From Sminthopsis crassicaudata (Eukaryota): a DNA stretch of 64,000 nt. Location of the stretch: positions 46,337,767 through 46,401,766 of the forward strand of contig NC_133617.1 in assembly GCF_048593235.1 (NCBI RefSeq), read 5' to 3'. Every line of letters starts with the position of its first letter. The first letter of the stretch is position 1. The notes under the pieces were generated by a model. It was not told the origin of the DNA. It did no database searches and saw only the letters and a program-made list of their open reading frames with translations. Shown piece by piece: positions 1 to 25,130 of the stretch. The translations under genes were made by a program, and so were the position numbers.

Positions 1-19
1 AACTCAAACATTTATTAGG

Positions 20-150
20 TGCGTGACCTTAGGCAATTCACTTAACCCTGTTTGCCTCAGTCTCCTCAGTTCTAAAATGAACTGTGGAAGGGAATGAGAG
101 AACACTCCAGTATCTTTGCCAATAAAACCCCAAATGGGGTCACAAAGAAT
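20..150 (+). mobile_element. Mar1-type marsupial CORE-SINE fragment
   Basis: CORE-like gtgacctt..cacttaaccctgtttgcctcag followed by RTE-like tail cactccagtatctttgcc..aaccccaaatggggtcac; boundaries approximate. Confidence 0.6.
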
Positions 151-2020
151 TGTCCAAGATTGCTCTGAACATTTAAAAACTAAGATTCAGCATCTCATTC
201 TAGGATACTGCTAGTCACAATGAAAGCAGATGGAGGAGGCTTTAGGGCTAATTTGTATTTTTAGATATTAAGTTCTTCAAAGGATCTTGGAGGCCACTGA
301 TAGAGGCTTTCCTTCTAATAATGCACCTCAGAGTCCACTCACCCTATGTGACTTTCATGTATGCCTTCTGGGGCTAGTGCTGACGAAAACCCCGTGGATA
401 CCGGAGCTAAGAAGGAACTCCATGCTCTGCACAACTTGAGCTCTGAAGAACTGTAAATCTAGAAGAAAGCAAGGAGCCTGGATCAGAGGCAAGAGTGTCC
501 ACGCGGACAGTCCCCAGAAGTGGACAAAACTGAAAACAATGTCTCTGAGTCAGGTTGGCAATGCCTGGAGCTTTCTGTAAGGTGCGGGGCAGGGGGCTGA
601 TTGTGCTTCCACCGCTTAAGTGTTTGAGGGACTGGAGATATAGAACACTGTAACTACAATTGAGTTTTGTGGTTGCAAAGTTGTCTCACAGGCTCTTAGC
701 TATCACTTCTTTATAAAAAGTTGTAAAGAGCTAGTCCTCCGGCTCTCAATTCCTAGCCTAGGCCCCAGGCTGACACAGCTTGCACACGGCATGGGCTGTT
801 GGCATCTGCCCGGAGAGAGAAGCCACTTTGTAGCAAGCTGGGCGGGAGGAGGAAAGAAATCGGGGGCCCTCGAGGCGCCTGAGAGGGCTACGGGGAGAAG
901 GAGAAGCGGGAGGAGCGAATTCCGCTGGCGGGGGAATTGAGGAACCAGAAGAGATGATCCGCTTCCGCGGGCGCCTCTCTTGGGTCAGAGCGGGCTGGGG
1001 ACGTTGGGAGAAGTCGAGGCCTGGCTGGGGGGCTGGGCTTGGGGCTCCTCCGGGTCTGTGGCCGCCGTTGTGTCCCCTCTGACCCCGTAGCCTCGCACCT
1101 GCACAGTTAGGAAGGACTTTCTAGGCCTGCCTAGAGGAAATGTCTGGCCCTGGAACAGAGCAGAGGCGGCACGGCCGTGGCGGCGTCTGAGTGCTCCAGG
1201 AACGCCGCGCCTTGGCCCTCGGCCACTGTAGGCACTGACCGCTGAGGGCGGGGAGGGGGGGTGGGGGGAAGGAAGAGGATCGGTCTGTGTGTTTCTCTGG
1301 AGGAGGGAGAGAGAACGGCCCGAGCGCGGCTGGGGGAGGGGGCGCCTCTCCTTTGCCCTTAGGGGAGGTCCGGGCGCGGGAGCCCGGTGGGGCCGGGGGG
1401 CGGCTCTTGGCCTCAGCGAGGTCGAGCAGGACAAAGAAGTCGAACCACTCTAGGAAACGGCTCCTCTTCCCACATTCGCCAGAGCTGGGGAGCAGCCCCT
1501 CCCCCACAAGGGGCCCCCGGACCGGTGGGCGGCGTCGGAAGGAGGCGGGGGAGGGGGGAGGGTCGGCGCAGGGGGGGAGGTGCCGGGAGGGGGCCAGGAC
1601 TGGCTGGGGGGGAGGGAGGGGACCGAGTTGGGTGGGAGGGGGCCGGTGCGGGGGAAGCGGAGGACTCGGCGCGGGGAGGGGGGGGGCACCACGTGGGGAG
1701 GGGACGGCGCCGGGGTCCGCGCGGGGGGCGGGGAGGGCCCCTCGGGGGGGTCAGGGAGGGAGGGGACGGCGCGGGGGCGGGGAGGGGACGGCGCGGCGCA
1801 GGGCGGGGCGGGGGCCAGGGGCCAGCGTGGGGGGAGGCGGCCGAGGAGGAGGAGGAGGTGGAGGAGGAGGAGGGGCAGGGGCAGCGGAGTCTGGAGCGCC
1901 GGCGCCGCCCGCGCCCGCGCTCGCTCGGACGGGCTGTCGGTCGGGGTGACCCTGCCGGAGCCAGCCCCGCCCCCAGACCCGCGGACCGACCGACGGCCGA
2001 GTGGAGCGGCCGGGCCGGCG

Positions 2021-2038
2021 GACTACAAGTCCCAGCAG
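2021..2038 (+). promoter_or_regulatory. ZNF143/THAP11 (SBS) motif
   Basis: GACTACAAGTCCCAGCAG matches ACTACAnnTCCCAG just upstream of the first ZNF358 donor. Confidence 0.7.
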
Positions 2039-2039
2039 C

Positions 2040-2151
2040 TCCCGCTCGGCTCGGGCTCGAGCTCGGGCTCGGACTCTGGGCGGCGGGAGGCGCCGGGCGG
2101 CTGGCGGGGCGGGCGGGAGGCAGAGGCCGGAGCCCTGGGAGCGGGGCTGTG
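2040..2151 (+). other. ZNF358: ZNF358 non-coding exon 1 (TSS uncertain)
   Basis: Donor GTG|GTGAGT at 2152 inside the CpG island; no ATG seen. Confidence 0.6.
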
Positions 2152-2637
2152 GTGAGTCTTAATCCCAGGATTGGCGGACGAGGGGCCGGGGGAGGGCAGG
2201 AGCCGGGCCCTCAGGCCTCAAGTCCGCCGCTTCCTCTACCGAAATCCGGGCGGGGGCGGGGGGGCGCGGGAGCAGCGGCTTCTCCTTCCCCCCCCCCCAT
2301 CTCCTATTCCGGCCTGGGGCTTCCCGTTGGTGGTTGGCGAGGAAGGATACTCCCCGGACTGGCCCAGTTCGTCTCCGGCACCTCCGGGCCTTGAAGCCAG
2401 TTCTCTTTCTTGAGTGGTGGTGGGGGGGGCGGGAAACTGAGGCCCTAGGAGGGGAGTAGGGCGCTTGGAGCCCCAGGCCGGTCTCTCTTCAGACCCCCGC
2501 TCTGCGAGGGAGCGCCCCGGCTCCCCAAGCTGCCTCGGGGACCAGGGTGGATGTTTGCCGAGCTCTCCTCCCCCTGAGCCCGGCTTTCCTTTCTTGGCCA
2601 GAGCTGTGTCCTCCAGGCTGGTGGGGTGTGCACTCGG

Positions 2638-2731
2638 ATGGAGAGAGGGGAGGTGAAACGGCGGGGCCGGGCCCCCCGGGAGACCCTGGACAGCGACAAA
2701 GAAGACAGCTGCCTCTTAAGCCCCTTTGCAG
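2638..2731 (+). CDS. ZNF358: ZNF358 coding exon 1 ([31 protein letters not shown]); exon begins at 2617
   Basis: Acceptor tcctccag at 2616, ATG 2638, donor CAG|GTGAGA phase 1 matching the acceptor at 3145; LDSDKED resembles human LDSDSED. Confidence 0.78.
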
Positions 2732-5093
2732 GTGAGAGCCGGGATGGCCTGCCGGGAACCACCAGCTCTGCAAGGAGAGGGAGGGAGGGAGGGAGGAAGG
2801 AAGGAAAGAAGGGAGAGGAAAGCCGGGGCATCTGGTGAGTGGGGGGCAGCCCAAACTGGGGCTTTAGGCTCAGAGAGGTCGGCTTGAAATTCCATGCCTG
2901 AAAGAGTGACCTTGAGCAAGTCCCTGCCTATCTAGCCTCAATTTCCCCATTTTTAAAATGAAGGGATCAGGCAGAATCATCTCAAGATGCTTCCTAACTT
3001 GAACTCTTGTGATCCTAACTCTTGTAATTTAAAAGTTAGGCCACTGGGGGAAGGAGACAGGAAATCTGGGAGTCCCCTCCATGAGTAAGAAACATTCTAT
3101 CACAATTCCCCAGCTCCTGATTATCCTTTCTCTTCTTCCCACAGATGTGGTGGACAGTCCAGTCCCAGATAGAGCCCCCAGTCCAGAGGGATCTCTGGAC
3201 AATACTCCCAGCCCTGAAGGCCCCTTCCCTGGCCCAGACAGGACCCCCACCCCTGAGGGCCGCTTCCCCACTCCAGAGGGTGCTCCTTCACCTGCCAGCC
3301 TCAGCACTAGTCCTGGTCCTGAGGGTTTCAAGGGCTTTACCTATTCCCCCAAAGGCCTCTCTGACCCAGATGGTGCCCCTACCTCTACTCAGTCTGGTCT
3401 CCCAGGCCAGGACAACAACTTAAGCTCTGGGTTTGAAGGTACCCCAGGTCTGGCAAACCTAGTTCCTGGGGCAGCAGGCTCTGGTGTTGGTGTTGGTGCC
3501 AGTGCCCCTCGGCCACCCAGCCCACCTAGGCCTTTCCACTGCCCGGACTGTGGGCGTTCCTTCCGTCGGAGCTCAGGGCTGAGCCAGCATCGTCGTACAC
3601 ACAGCGGGGAGAAGCCATATCGATGCCCTGACTGTGGCAAGTCTTTCAGCCATGGAGCCACGCTGGCCCAGCACCGTGGCACACACACTGGTGCTCGCCC
3701 CTACCAATGTAGCGCCTGTGGCAAGGCCTTTGGCTGGCGTTCCACGCTGCTGAAGCACCGAAGCAGCCACAGTGGTGAAAAACCACACTTGTGCCCACGA
3801 TGTGGCAAGGCTTTCAGCCACGGCTCACTGCTAGCCCAGCACCTACGCACCCATGGTGGTGCCCGCCCGCACAAGTGTCCAGTCTGTGGCAAGGGTTTCG
3901 GGCAGGGCTCTGGCCTGCTCAAACACCTACGTACACATACAGGTGAGAGGCCCTATTCCTGTCCCCAGTGTGGCAAGGCTTTTGGGCAGAGTTCGGCTCT
4001 CTTACAGCACCAACGCACACACACAGCCGAGCGCCCCTATCGCTGCCCACATTGTTCCAAGGCCTTTGGCCAGAGCTCCAACTTGCAGCACCACCTCCGC
4101 ACGCACACCGGTGAGCGGCCTTACGCCTGTCCTCACTGCTCCAAGGCCTTTGGCCAGAGTTCTGCCCTCCTGCAGCACCTCCATGTGCACTCTGGCGAGC
4201 GTCCCTACCGCTGCCGAATCTGTGGCAAGGGATTCGGCCAGGCCTCCAGCCTCACCAAGCACCGGCGGGTCCACGAGGGTGCCCAGAGCGGCATCTATGA
4301 CGGTGTCCAGGGAGGCCTATATGAGGGCATGCAGAATCATGTTTTTGAGGGCAGACAGATGGCTGACTTGGAAGCCCTTCAGGAGAATATCTACAAGGAC
4401 ATCCAGGAGAGTACTCAGGGAAACATCTATGAGAATGTCCAGAATGAAGTCTATGAGGTAGTCCATGATGATAGCTACGAGGAAATGCAGGAGGGGGCAC
4501 ACGAAAATGCCCAGGATGTCTTCCAAGGTGGCCGAGATGACGTGTACAAGAGCGCCCAGAATGATGCCTATGAAGGCATCCCAGAGGAGATGAAGAAAGA
4601 TGCCCAGGATGGTATCTACGGGGGTGATGGAGATGAAGGCTACGAGCGAGTCCAGGATGATGGCGACAAGGAGGGACTCCAGGAGACCTCTGCGGGGGCC
4701 CCCTCCACCCGGGCTCCTGCTGCTGAGGACCATGAAGATGACTACGGTGGCGGTGACTACGGTGAAGAATTCGATGAGGATGCCACCTTTAGAGGTGCTA
4801 ACTACGGTGATGAGGACAATGAAGATGACTATGGTGGTGGTGACTATGGTGACGGATTCAATGACGATACCACCTTTGGAGGTGGGGACTATGGTGACGA
4901 ATTTGATGATGATGCCACCTTTGGAGGTGGGGACTATGGTGAGGAGTTCGATGACGATGCCACCTTTGGAGGTGGGGACTGTGCTGAGGAGTTCGATGAC
5001 GATGCCACCTATGAAGGTGGCAAGTATGACGGTGGTGATGGTGATGGCAGTGGCAATAGCGATGGCGATGATGGAGATAATGGAGATAACTGA
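2638..5093 (+). CDS. ZNF358: Zinc finger protein 358, join(2638..2731,3145..5093), 680 aa, 9 C2H2 fingers
   Basis: Finger array [32 protein letters not shown]...TKHRRVHEG is nearly identical to human ZNF358 as remembered; lies upstream of MCOLN1 as in human; phase-1 intron 2732-3144 with GT/AG ends. Confidence 0.93.
3145..5093 (+). CDS. ZNF358: ZNF358 main coding exon
   Basis: Acceptor ttctcttcttcccacag at 3144; open frame to TGA 5091-5093; nine tandem C2H2 fingers with TGEKP-like linkers. Confidence 0.95.
4281..4690 (+). repeat. Degenerate 24-bp (8-aa) coding tandem repeat
   Basis: Units such as [40 protein letters not shown]. Confidence 0.75.
4730..5030 (+). repeat. 45-bp (15-aa) coding tandem repeat GGGDYG(D/E)EFDDDATF
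   Basis: cacct(t/a)tg(g/a)agg recurs at 4871, 4916, 4961 and 5006 (period 45). Confidence 0.9.
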
Positions 5094-5293
5094 AGTTCCC
5101 TGGCTTAGGGGCCCAGCTGGGGATAAGGGGAAGAGGCAGCGCCAGGGCCTGAGGGGTGAGGGCAGGATGGGGGAAGGGTGGGTGGGGGGTGGGGCAGGGA
5201 GCCTGAGGGCTGTAGTTGGGGAAGTTTGGGTCTGGGGTGGGAGGGGAATCTGGCAATGGGGTCGAGGCTGTACTGTCCGAGGCTCATGGTGTT

Positions 5294-5345
5294 AGTAAAA
5301 TCCTCCCACTGATGTCTTGTGGGTCCTTGTTGTGGCTGTGTCCAG
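5294..5345 (+). terminator. ZNF358 polyadenylation signal (variant AGTAAA plus GU-rich element)
   Basis: AGTAAA 5294-5299 followed by gatgtcttgtgggtccttgttgtggctgtg; no AATAAA seen before the MCOLN1 promoter. Confidence 0.6.
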
Positions 5346-6411
5346 ATGCGGTCTGCTTCTCTCTGCCTGGTTTTGCTTCCCAGTTTTTCTCTGCCTTTTT
5401 CTTTTTTTTTTCTTTTCTGGGTCTGACTGCTCCTTTCCTGTCTTTCTACTTCCCCCCACTCTTCCTATATCTCTGTTCTTAAAGTCTCTGTCTCTGGGGT
5501 GGGAAAGGGGCCTCCAGCCCGGAGGCTGGAGTGACCCGCTAAATGAAGGTGTGCCTTTGAAGGAGCCGGGCCTGGGGGCGCCATGGGAAGGGCTCCCCGT
5601 CCACTCTGGGAGGTTATCTCGGGCAGGCGGCGGCGCGGATGTGCACGGAGGGGCGGGGGCTGAGAGGATCTTGGACAAAGCCCGGGACTCTTCCCGGCCC
5701 CACGTACTCCAGGCTCCCTTCTCCCCGAGGTCACTGGTGACTCCAGGGGTTTGGAGTCTGGAGATCAAAGGGCGCCCTGCACTCCCAGGATCAGGGCTCC
5801 TTAAAGAGGAGGGGGGCGGGGGTGGGCCCCGAGACTTCAGGCCCATGGGCACACGGTCCCACCCTGACAGCGGGCAAGCTCGTGCCCACGTGGGTAAAGC
5901 TGAGAACGTGTACACTGACGCGCGTCTGCAGCGCACGGGAGAACAGAGGGAGCGAATCCGGACCGGCCCTGCTCGGACGCACGGCCACACGTGGGCCCGG
6001 GGCTAGAAGCACACGCGTTCCCATGTGCAGACACGTGGAGGGCCCCAAGTCGAGAGACGTGCACGTAGGGACGTACACGCGCACACGGGCGGAGAAAGCC
6101 GAAGAAGAACGACCTCCATCTCGTCAGCCTCCCGGACAAGGGCGCGGGGCGGCCCCTCCTCTCTCGGTCACGCGGGAGAGGCCCGCTGCGTCACGTGTCT
6201 GCCCTCCCTCGACACTTCCGCTTCCTAAGCGGAAGGGGCGGGCTAGGCGTAGCGTCATCGGGCTAGCCGCATGGTTTTCCGCATCACGTGCTGGAGGCGG
6301 GGTTTGGGTCAGCTGACGCGGCGGGTTTGAAGCCGCGCCTGAAGCTGCGACCGAAACCGGGAATCCTCTAGTCCCTGCTGTGCGGTTCTCGCCCGGCCCG
6401 GCAGGCCCGGC

Positions 6412-20028
<13,617 letters not shown>

Positions 20029-20282
20029 CCGGCGGACAAGTGACGCGAGGCGAAGTTTTTAGCCCCTCGTGGGAGTGGACTGGACGCTTTGAGCGCCTTA
20101 TTTATGGTTTTAGGGTTTGCTTTTAGGAAGTGACTCTGTGGAGCCGCAGCGGGACTTCGGCTGCTGCGCGGCTGCTGGCCCGGCCTCTCGGCTGGGAGTG
20201 GAGGGGGCGGGGCGGGGCGATGGGGCCGGAACGGGCCGGGCCCGGGCCTTTTTGTAGCAGGACTAGGAGGTGCGGGGGCCAC

Positions 20283-20288
20283 AATAAA
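20283..20288 (+). terminator. MCOLN1 polyA signal AATAAA
   Basis: AATAAA about 255 nt after the stop codon. Confidence 0.8.
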
Positions 20289-20589
20289 GGATGAACGCGG
20301 TATACCCGCTATGTCTGGTTTCTGACTCTGCGTCACGGCGGGGGCGGAGATGAGTTTCGGGTACCCTCTCTATTGAGGGTGAGGGGAAGTGGTGGCCTTA
20401 ATCTTGGTGGTGGAGAGGAGCCCATGCCCCGGGCGGCTAAAACAAAACCATAGTCTCGGCAGCCATTTTTAATTTGGAGGTATTCCACAGCAAACCGTGG
20501 CGTACGGTGGCCGAGAAGGGGCGGGGACGGAGCCATGAGGTCATCACGGTGCGCCGTGAGCCGTAATTTAAAGGGGCCGTGCTACTGCT

Positions 20590-20654
20590 GCGGTGGTGGT
20601 GGAGGGACTGGCGGCGGCTGTGGCGCCGCGGAGCTGAGGCGGCTGCGGGCCCCG
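20590..20654 (+). other. PNPLA6: PNPLA6 first exon (probably non-coding; TSS uncertain)
   Basis: Donor CCG|GTGAGT at 20655 in the CpG island. Confidence 0.65.
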
Positions 20655-22699
20655 GTGAGTCCTGGGTCCCCGGCGCGTGATCCCGGGGCGGTGTTAGTGA
20701 CACGCGGGAGGACTGGGGTGATCCCCGAAGTCGCCCCCTCCCCTCCGCCTCCGTCTCGTCCCTTCTGGTCCTGTCATGTCCCTCCCCTCCCCCCCTTGTT
20801 CCTAATTTTCTCCGTTCCCCTGAGTCAATTGAATCCAACCGAAACATCTGTGAGGCTCTTACTGTATGCCGGGGGCTGGGGATGCTGTCCGGACGCCCCT
20901 CCTCCAGGGAGGAGCCAGAACGGACACCACCCAGCGCCTGGTGCTTCCCCGAGGGCAGCCAGCGGAGAAGACCTGGCCGGGAGAGGTGGGGAGGGGCCGT
21001 GTAGCGCCCCCTTGTTGCTGCCACCCGGCCGGGGACCCTCTGAGTGGGGAGTTCTCCCGGACCCCTTGCGGTTTTCTCAGGGCCAAGCCCGGGATCCTAC
21101 GGGCGTCTCTTGTCCCGGGCAGGCGCCTCCCCGACTCCCCGATGCCCCCAAGGCGGATGAGCAGCGGAGTGCTCCCCCAGCAGTGGGGGTTGGGCGTCGC
21201 TACCGAGGCCGAGGCCCCTGGTATAGGGAGGGAGGACGGGCCGCCCAGGAGTCACCGTAGTAAGGTGCCCCGGTCAGGGCCGGGCCTCCGGCTGCCACCC
21301 GGGGCCCCCCTCCTGACGCTCCGGCTGCCCGGAGCCCTGGACCTGGCCTGTGGAACGTCCTGGAGCCCCCCGGCCCGGCCCTGCCGCCCCCCTCTGTGTG
21401 GGCTGCGTTGTGTTTGGCCGGTTCTGCTGGGCGGGGGTCTCAGAACTCCTCACAGGCAGAGTCTGCTGAGTTAGCCCCCTCACTCACCCCCGTCCCCGGT
21501 CAGTGCCCCCTTTTTTATGAGGTAGTTGGGGGTAAGTACTTGACCAGAGTCACCCTGCTGATAAGGGTCAAAGAGCAAAGGTCAGATTTGGCCGGCTCCA
21601 TCCATCCCAGCAGCCTAGCTGCCCCCACCGTCACGGACGATGTTTTTATACAAGTCATGGAGGAAGCCGAAAAAAGAAGACCTGCCCTTAGCGGTTGCCT
21701 TTCATCTGCTCCACGAGAGTCTTTACAATGCTCTGCACTTTTGGGGCAGGGAGCAGTTCCCGCCTGCCAGTCTCTGGTAACCACGGCGGCAGCGGGAATG
21801 AGCTTGGGCTCGCCTGTCCGGTCCCCATGAAGCCGGCATGGCTCACTGTGACCACCACCTTCTTTTCTAATGGTAGATTCCAGAATGTGCTCTTGAACCA
21901 CAGGCTTACATTAGGGAAACTCTTCTTCCTCGCTCCTCCCCCTTGAGTGGAGACCCCCCCTGTGCTGCTTCTGTGGCACCACATCTTCCACGTGTTCCTC
22001 CAAATTGAACCCATGATGTAAGTGACAGAGGGCCTGGCTCGCAGTTTCGAACAGAATTCAGCGTTCGTGGTCAGCGAGGAGTTAAGGGGCTTGTGTCAGC
22101 GAGCGCCTGACCTCCCGTCTTCTGATGCCCGGACATTGGCCCGTCCCTGCAGCGACTTTTGAAGCCTCTGACAGTGGTCTGAGCGCAGGCGCCTGTTTAT
22201 TCAGGGGCCGAGGAAATGGTTTGTCTGCGTGCTGGAGGTGCTCAAAGACACCCCCTTCTATCCATCTCCTCAGCCCCCTGACTCCCCTTGGTCTCTTAAG
22301 CACCTTTAGTCCCTTTTAGCCCTGTACTTTCCCCACCGCTTTCACAGAATATCTTGTTGACTTCCAAAGCCCTCCAGTCCAACTGGTATCTGGATGAGAA
22401 TTCCCTCTGAAACCTTTGACGGTGGACAAAAAGCCTCTTCTTGACCTGACCTCCAGTGAAGGGGAATCTACTCTTTACCAAAGCAGGCTCTCCTTTTTGA
22501 CCACTCTGACGGTTAGTTAAAAAATAAAAATTTATTAAATGTCTGTGTGCCCGAAGCAGCTCCCAATCCAACAGGGGGACAGTGAGTAAACAACTATGTA
22601 TAAACGATCTAGACAGATATACTGAACATAAGCAGTAGAGTGAAAGCACTAGCATGAGGCAGGTCAGAATTCTCTTAAAGTGGCATTGAAGGAAGCCAG

Positions 22700-25130
22700 A
22701 AGGCACAGATACCTAGAGAGTACCATCTTCATTCTTTCATTTACACTAAGCTTTATTTGAAACCTTCCCCTTGTTCACTTCTTCCCATTTTCACCCACCT
22801 TCCACAGCTGCTCTTTAAAAAGCACAAGATTTTGCTTTCTAGATGGAATATCCATCTTTATTTTTGTCAGTCTTCATATGGCGTGCTCTCCAGTCTTGTC
22901 ACTGTTCTGGTCACACACACTCACCCACCCACCCTATCTCCAACCTCGGTCTAGTTTATCAAAAATCCTTACTGAAATGTGGCACCTTAACTGAACATAA
23001 TACTCCCAGCTCATGACCAGTGTCATGAACCAGATCATCACTTTGATTCTCAGGGGCACTTCTCTCTTACTGTAGCTTAACATTACTTAGCTTTTGCTGC
23101 CAAATCTCTTTTGAAGAATTTGGAATGTTCAGGCCAATATATTCCCAGATCTTGTTTACAATGTCTTTTCCTCCCCTTCTTCTTCCATGTTCCATTTGTC
23201 CCATTTTTTTTCTGACCCCCAAATAGGATTTTGTTTATCTGCATTAAACTCCTCATTACTAGACTCTACCCATTGTTCTAGTCTAATGAGATCTTTTTGG
23301 ATCCTGTCTCTGTTATTCAGGGTTTTAGCTTTGTGTAATCTACAGATTTTCTGAGCCTGCCTTCTATGCTTTCATCTAAGGCACTGAATATTGCAGAGCT
23401 CAGCACATATCTGTGGGGCACTCAATGGAACCTCCCCCTTCCTGCTTCAAATTGATATCAAAAATTGGGTCCTGCCATTACACTAATTCTAATTGCATCC
23501 AACTTCTTTCCTCAAAGTCACTCCATGTCCAAAAAATAGCACAATAGCTTTTACTGGCTGGTTTACTGATTGATAATCAGATATTTCAACTTGTCCCTCA
23601 TCCCAGTTTATTAACCATGTCAGAGAATAAAGGGAGCTTAGTCAGGCTTGACTTGTTCCGAATGAAACTGGATAGTTCTTGGTGATTCTGTCTTCCCCTG
23701 CCCCCCAAATGCTCACAAATCACCCCTCTGATAATACATTATAGAATTTTGCTAAGATTTGAAACCGAACTCAAAAGGTCCTTAGTTTGTAGTTTCCATC
23801 TTCTTCCCTTTATTAAAAGTTGGTACATCTGTCTGTGAGCTTTGAGATATCTTTTTTTCCCCTATGTATTTTTCTTTGATTAGGGTAAAATTTATTTTAT
23901 TTTTTAAAATTTTATTAAAGCTTATTTTCAAAACATATGCGTGGATAATTTTTCAATGTTGACCCTTGCAAAACCTTGTAGACTACATTTTCCCCTTTCT
24001 TCCTCTCCCCTCCCCTAAATGGCAAGTAATTCAATATATGTTAAACATATAGCAATTCTTCTATACATATTTCTGTATTTATTATGCTGCATAAGAAAAA
24101 TCAGATCAAAAAAGGAAAAAATGAACAAAAAATGCTACAAAAATGAACAACAAAGAGTGAAAATGCTATGTTGTGATCCACCTTCAGTTCCCACAGTCCT
24201 CTCTGGGTGTAGATAGCTCTCTTCATCACAAGATCATTGGAATTGGCCTCAATCATGAGATGTCTTAATGAGGTTCATCATTTCTTGGGTTGCATTTCAT
24301 CTGTACTTTGCAACCTTAATTCATCAAGGCCAGGTGGTTAATTGTCTTAACATCTTAGGACTAATCCTGGCTTTCAATTCAACCCTTGTGGTTTTTTTTC
24401 TTCAGTCCCAGAGAACATTTCCTCTGTTATCTATAATCACCTTTTTGTTGTCCTTAACGTTCATCTACAGCCTTAGCTTGCTCTGAACTCAAGCCTGCCC
24501 CACAGATTCCCTTCTCAATCTCTTCTACCTGCTTGTGTTTCCATCTTCTAAGTGGGTTCATGTGTTAGTTCCACGTCCCCTTGCCTCAGTTTCCTTTAGA
24601 TAGGAATCATCTGTGGTTGTGTCATAGAAACCTCCTCCTTCATTGCTTCCCATTTCTTTCAAGCTAGCTTCCCTTGGAGCACTCTAGGCCCTAAGAATCT
24701 GCTTGCTTGTTCTCTGGACTTTTGGAATCCCGCTGCCTCTAATTTCGAGCTGTATATTTGGCTTAATCCCCCCTTTCCTTCTCAGTCTTAAAGTGCAAGA
24801 TGGAACAGGTCTGTTGCTTGTTTAGCAACTGGTTCATCTTGTTAGGTCAGTCAGAGCCATTATTGCAGTTCCTCCTTTTGATTGCTTTTCTTTTTGAAGA
24901 ATGAAATTATCATTAGGACAGGTCAGGAATTCGTCAGTTGCTCTGCTTTTGGCCAAAAGGGCGATGTATGGAGGGTGATCTCCATCCCCTGTTTTGCGCC
25001 ATCGTTATATCATCTCTGGGGCCCATCTGTGACATGTTTCCTGAGTTCCTGGGCAGTGGGAGCCCGTGACAATACCACTTTCCTATCTCCTTTGATCTTC
25101 ACCCAACTATTCTTTACCGTGCTTCCCCAT
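22700..25130 (-). mobile_element. Ancient CR1/L3 fragments, interrupted by an L1 3' end at about 23890-24265
   Basis: Antisense CR1-like RT/EN motifs (gtcaggcttgacttgttc, tgctcacaaatcacc, cttctatgctttcatctaagg). Confidence 0.55.

Larger units (their letters stand above)
850..2720. promoter_or_regulatory. CpG island / ZNF358 promoter
   Basis: Very high GC and CpG density, many GGGCGG boxes, (GAG)n tract near 1843-1872. Confidence 0.85.
20100..21480. promoter_or_regulatory. PNPLA6 CpG-island promoter
   Basis: CpG-dense; GC boxes, TGACG half sites, YY1-like GCCATTTT at about 20462, TATA-like TAATTTAAA at about 20564. Confidence 0.8.

Noticed and set aside
985-2919. Many long Gly/Arg/Pro-rich ORFs on both strands
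   Set aside because: By-products of a GC-rich CpG island with few stop codons; only the 2638-2731 frame has homology and splice support
3081-3144. ORF-track start [21 protein letters not shown] (signal-peptide-like) for ZNF358
   Set aside because: It is the translated polypyrimidine tract and acceptor of the intron
4600-5295. 231-aa overlapping Met/Thr-rich ORF and antisense ORFs over the ZNF358 tail
   Set aside because: Shadow frames of GAT/GAC-rich repeats with no independent support
21396-22303. Protein-like ORFs on both strands in PNPLA6 intron 1
   Set aside because: No recognisable family; overlapping frames of similar length suggest composition; would need blastx
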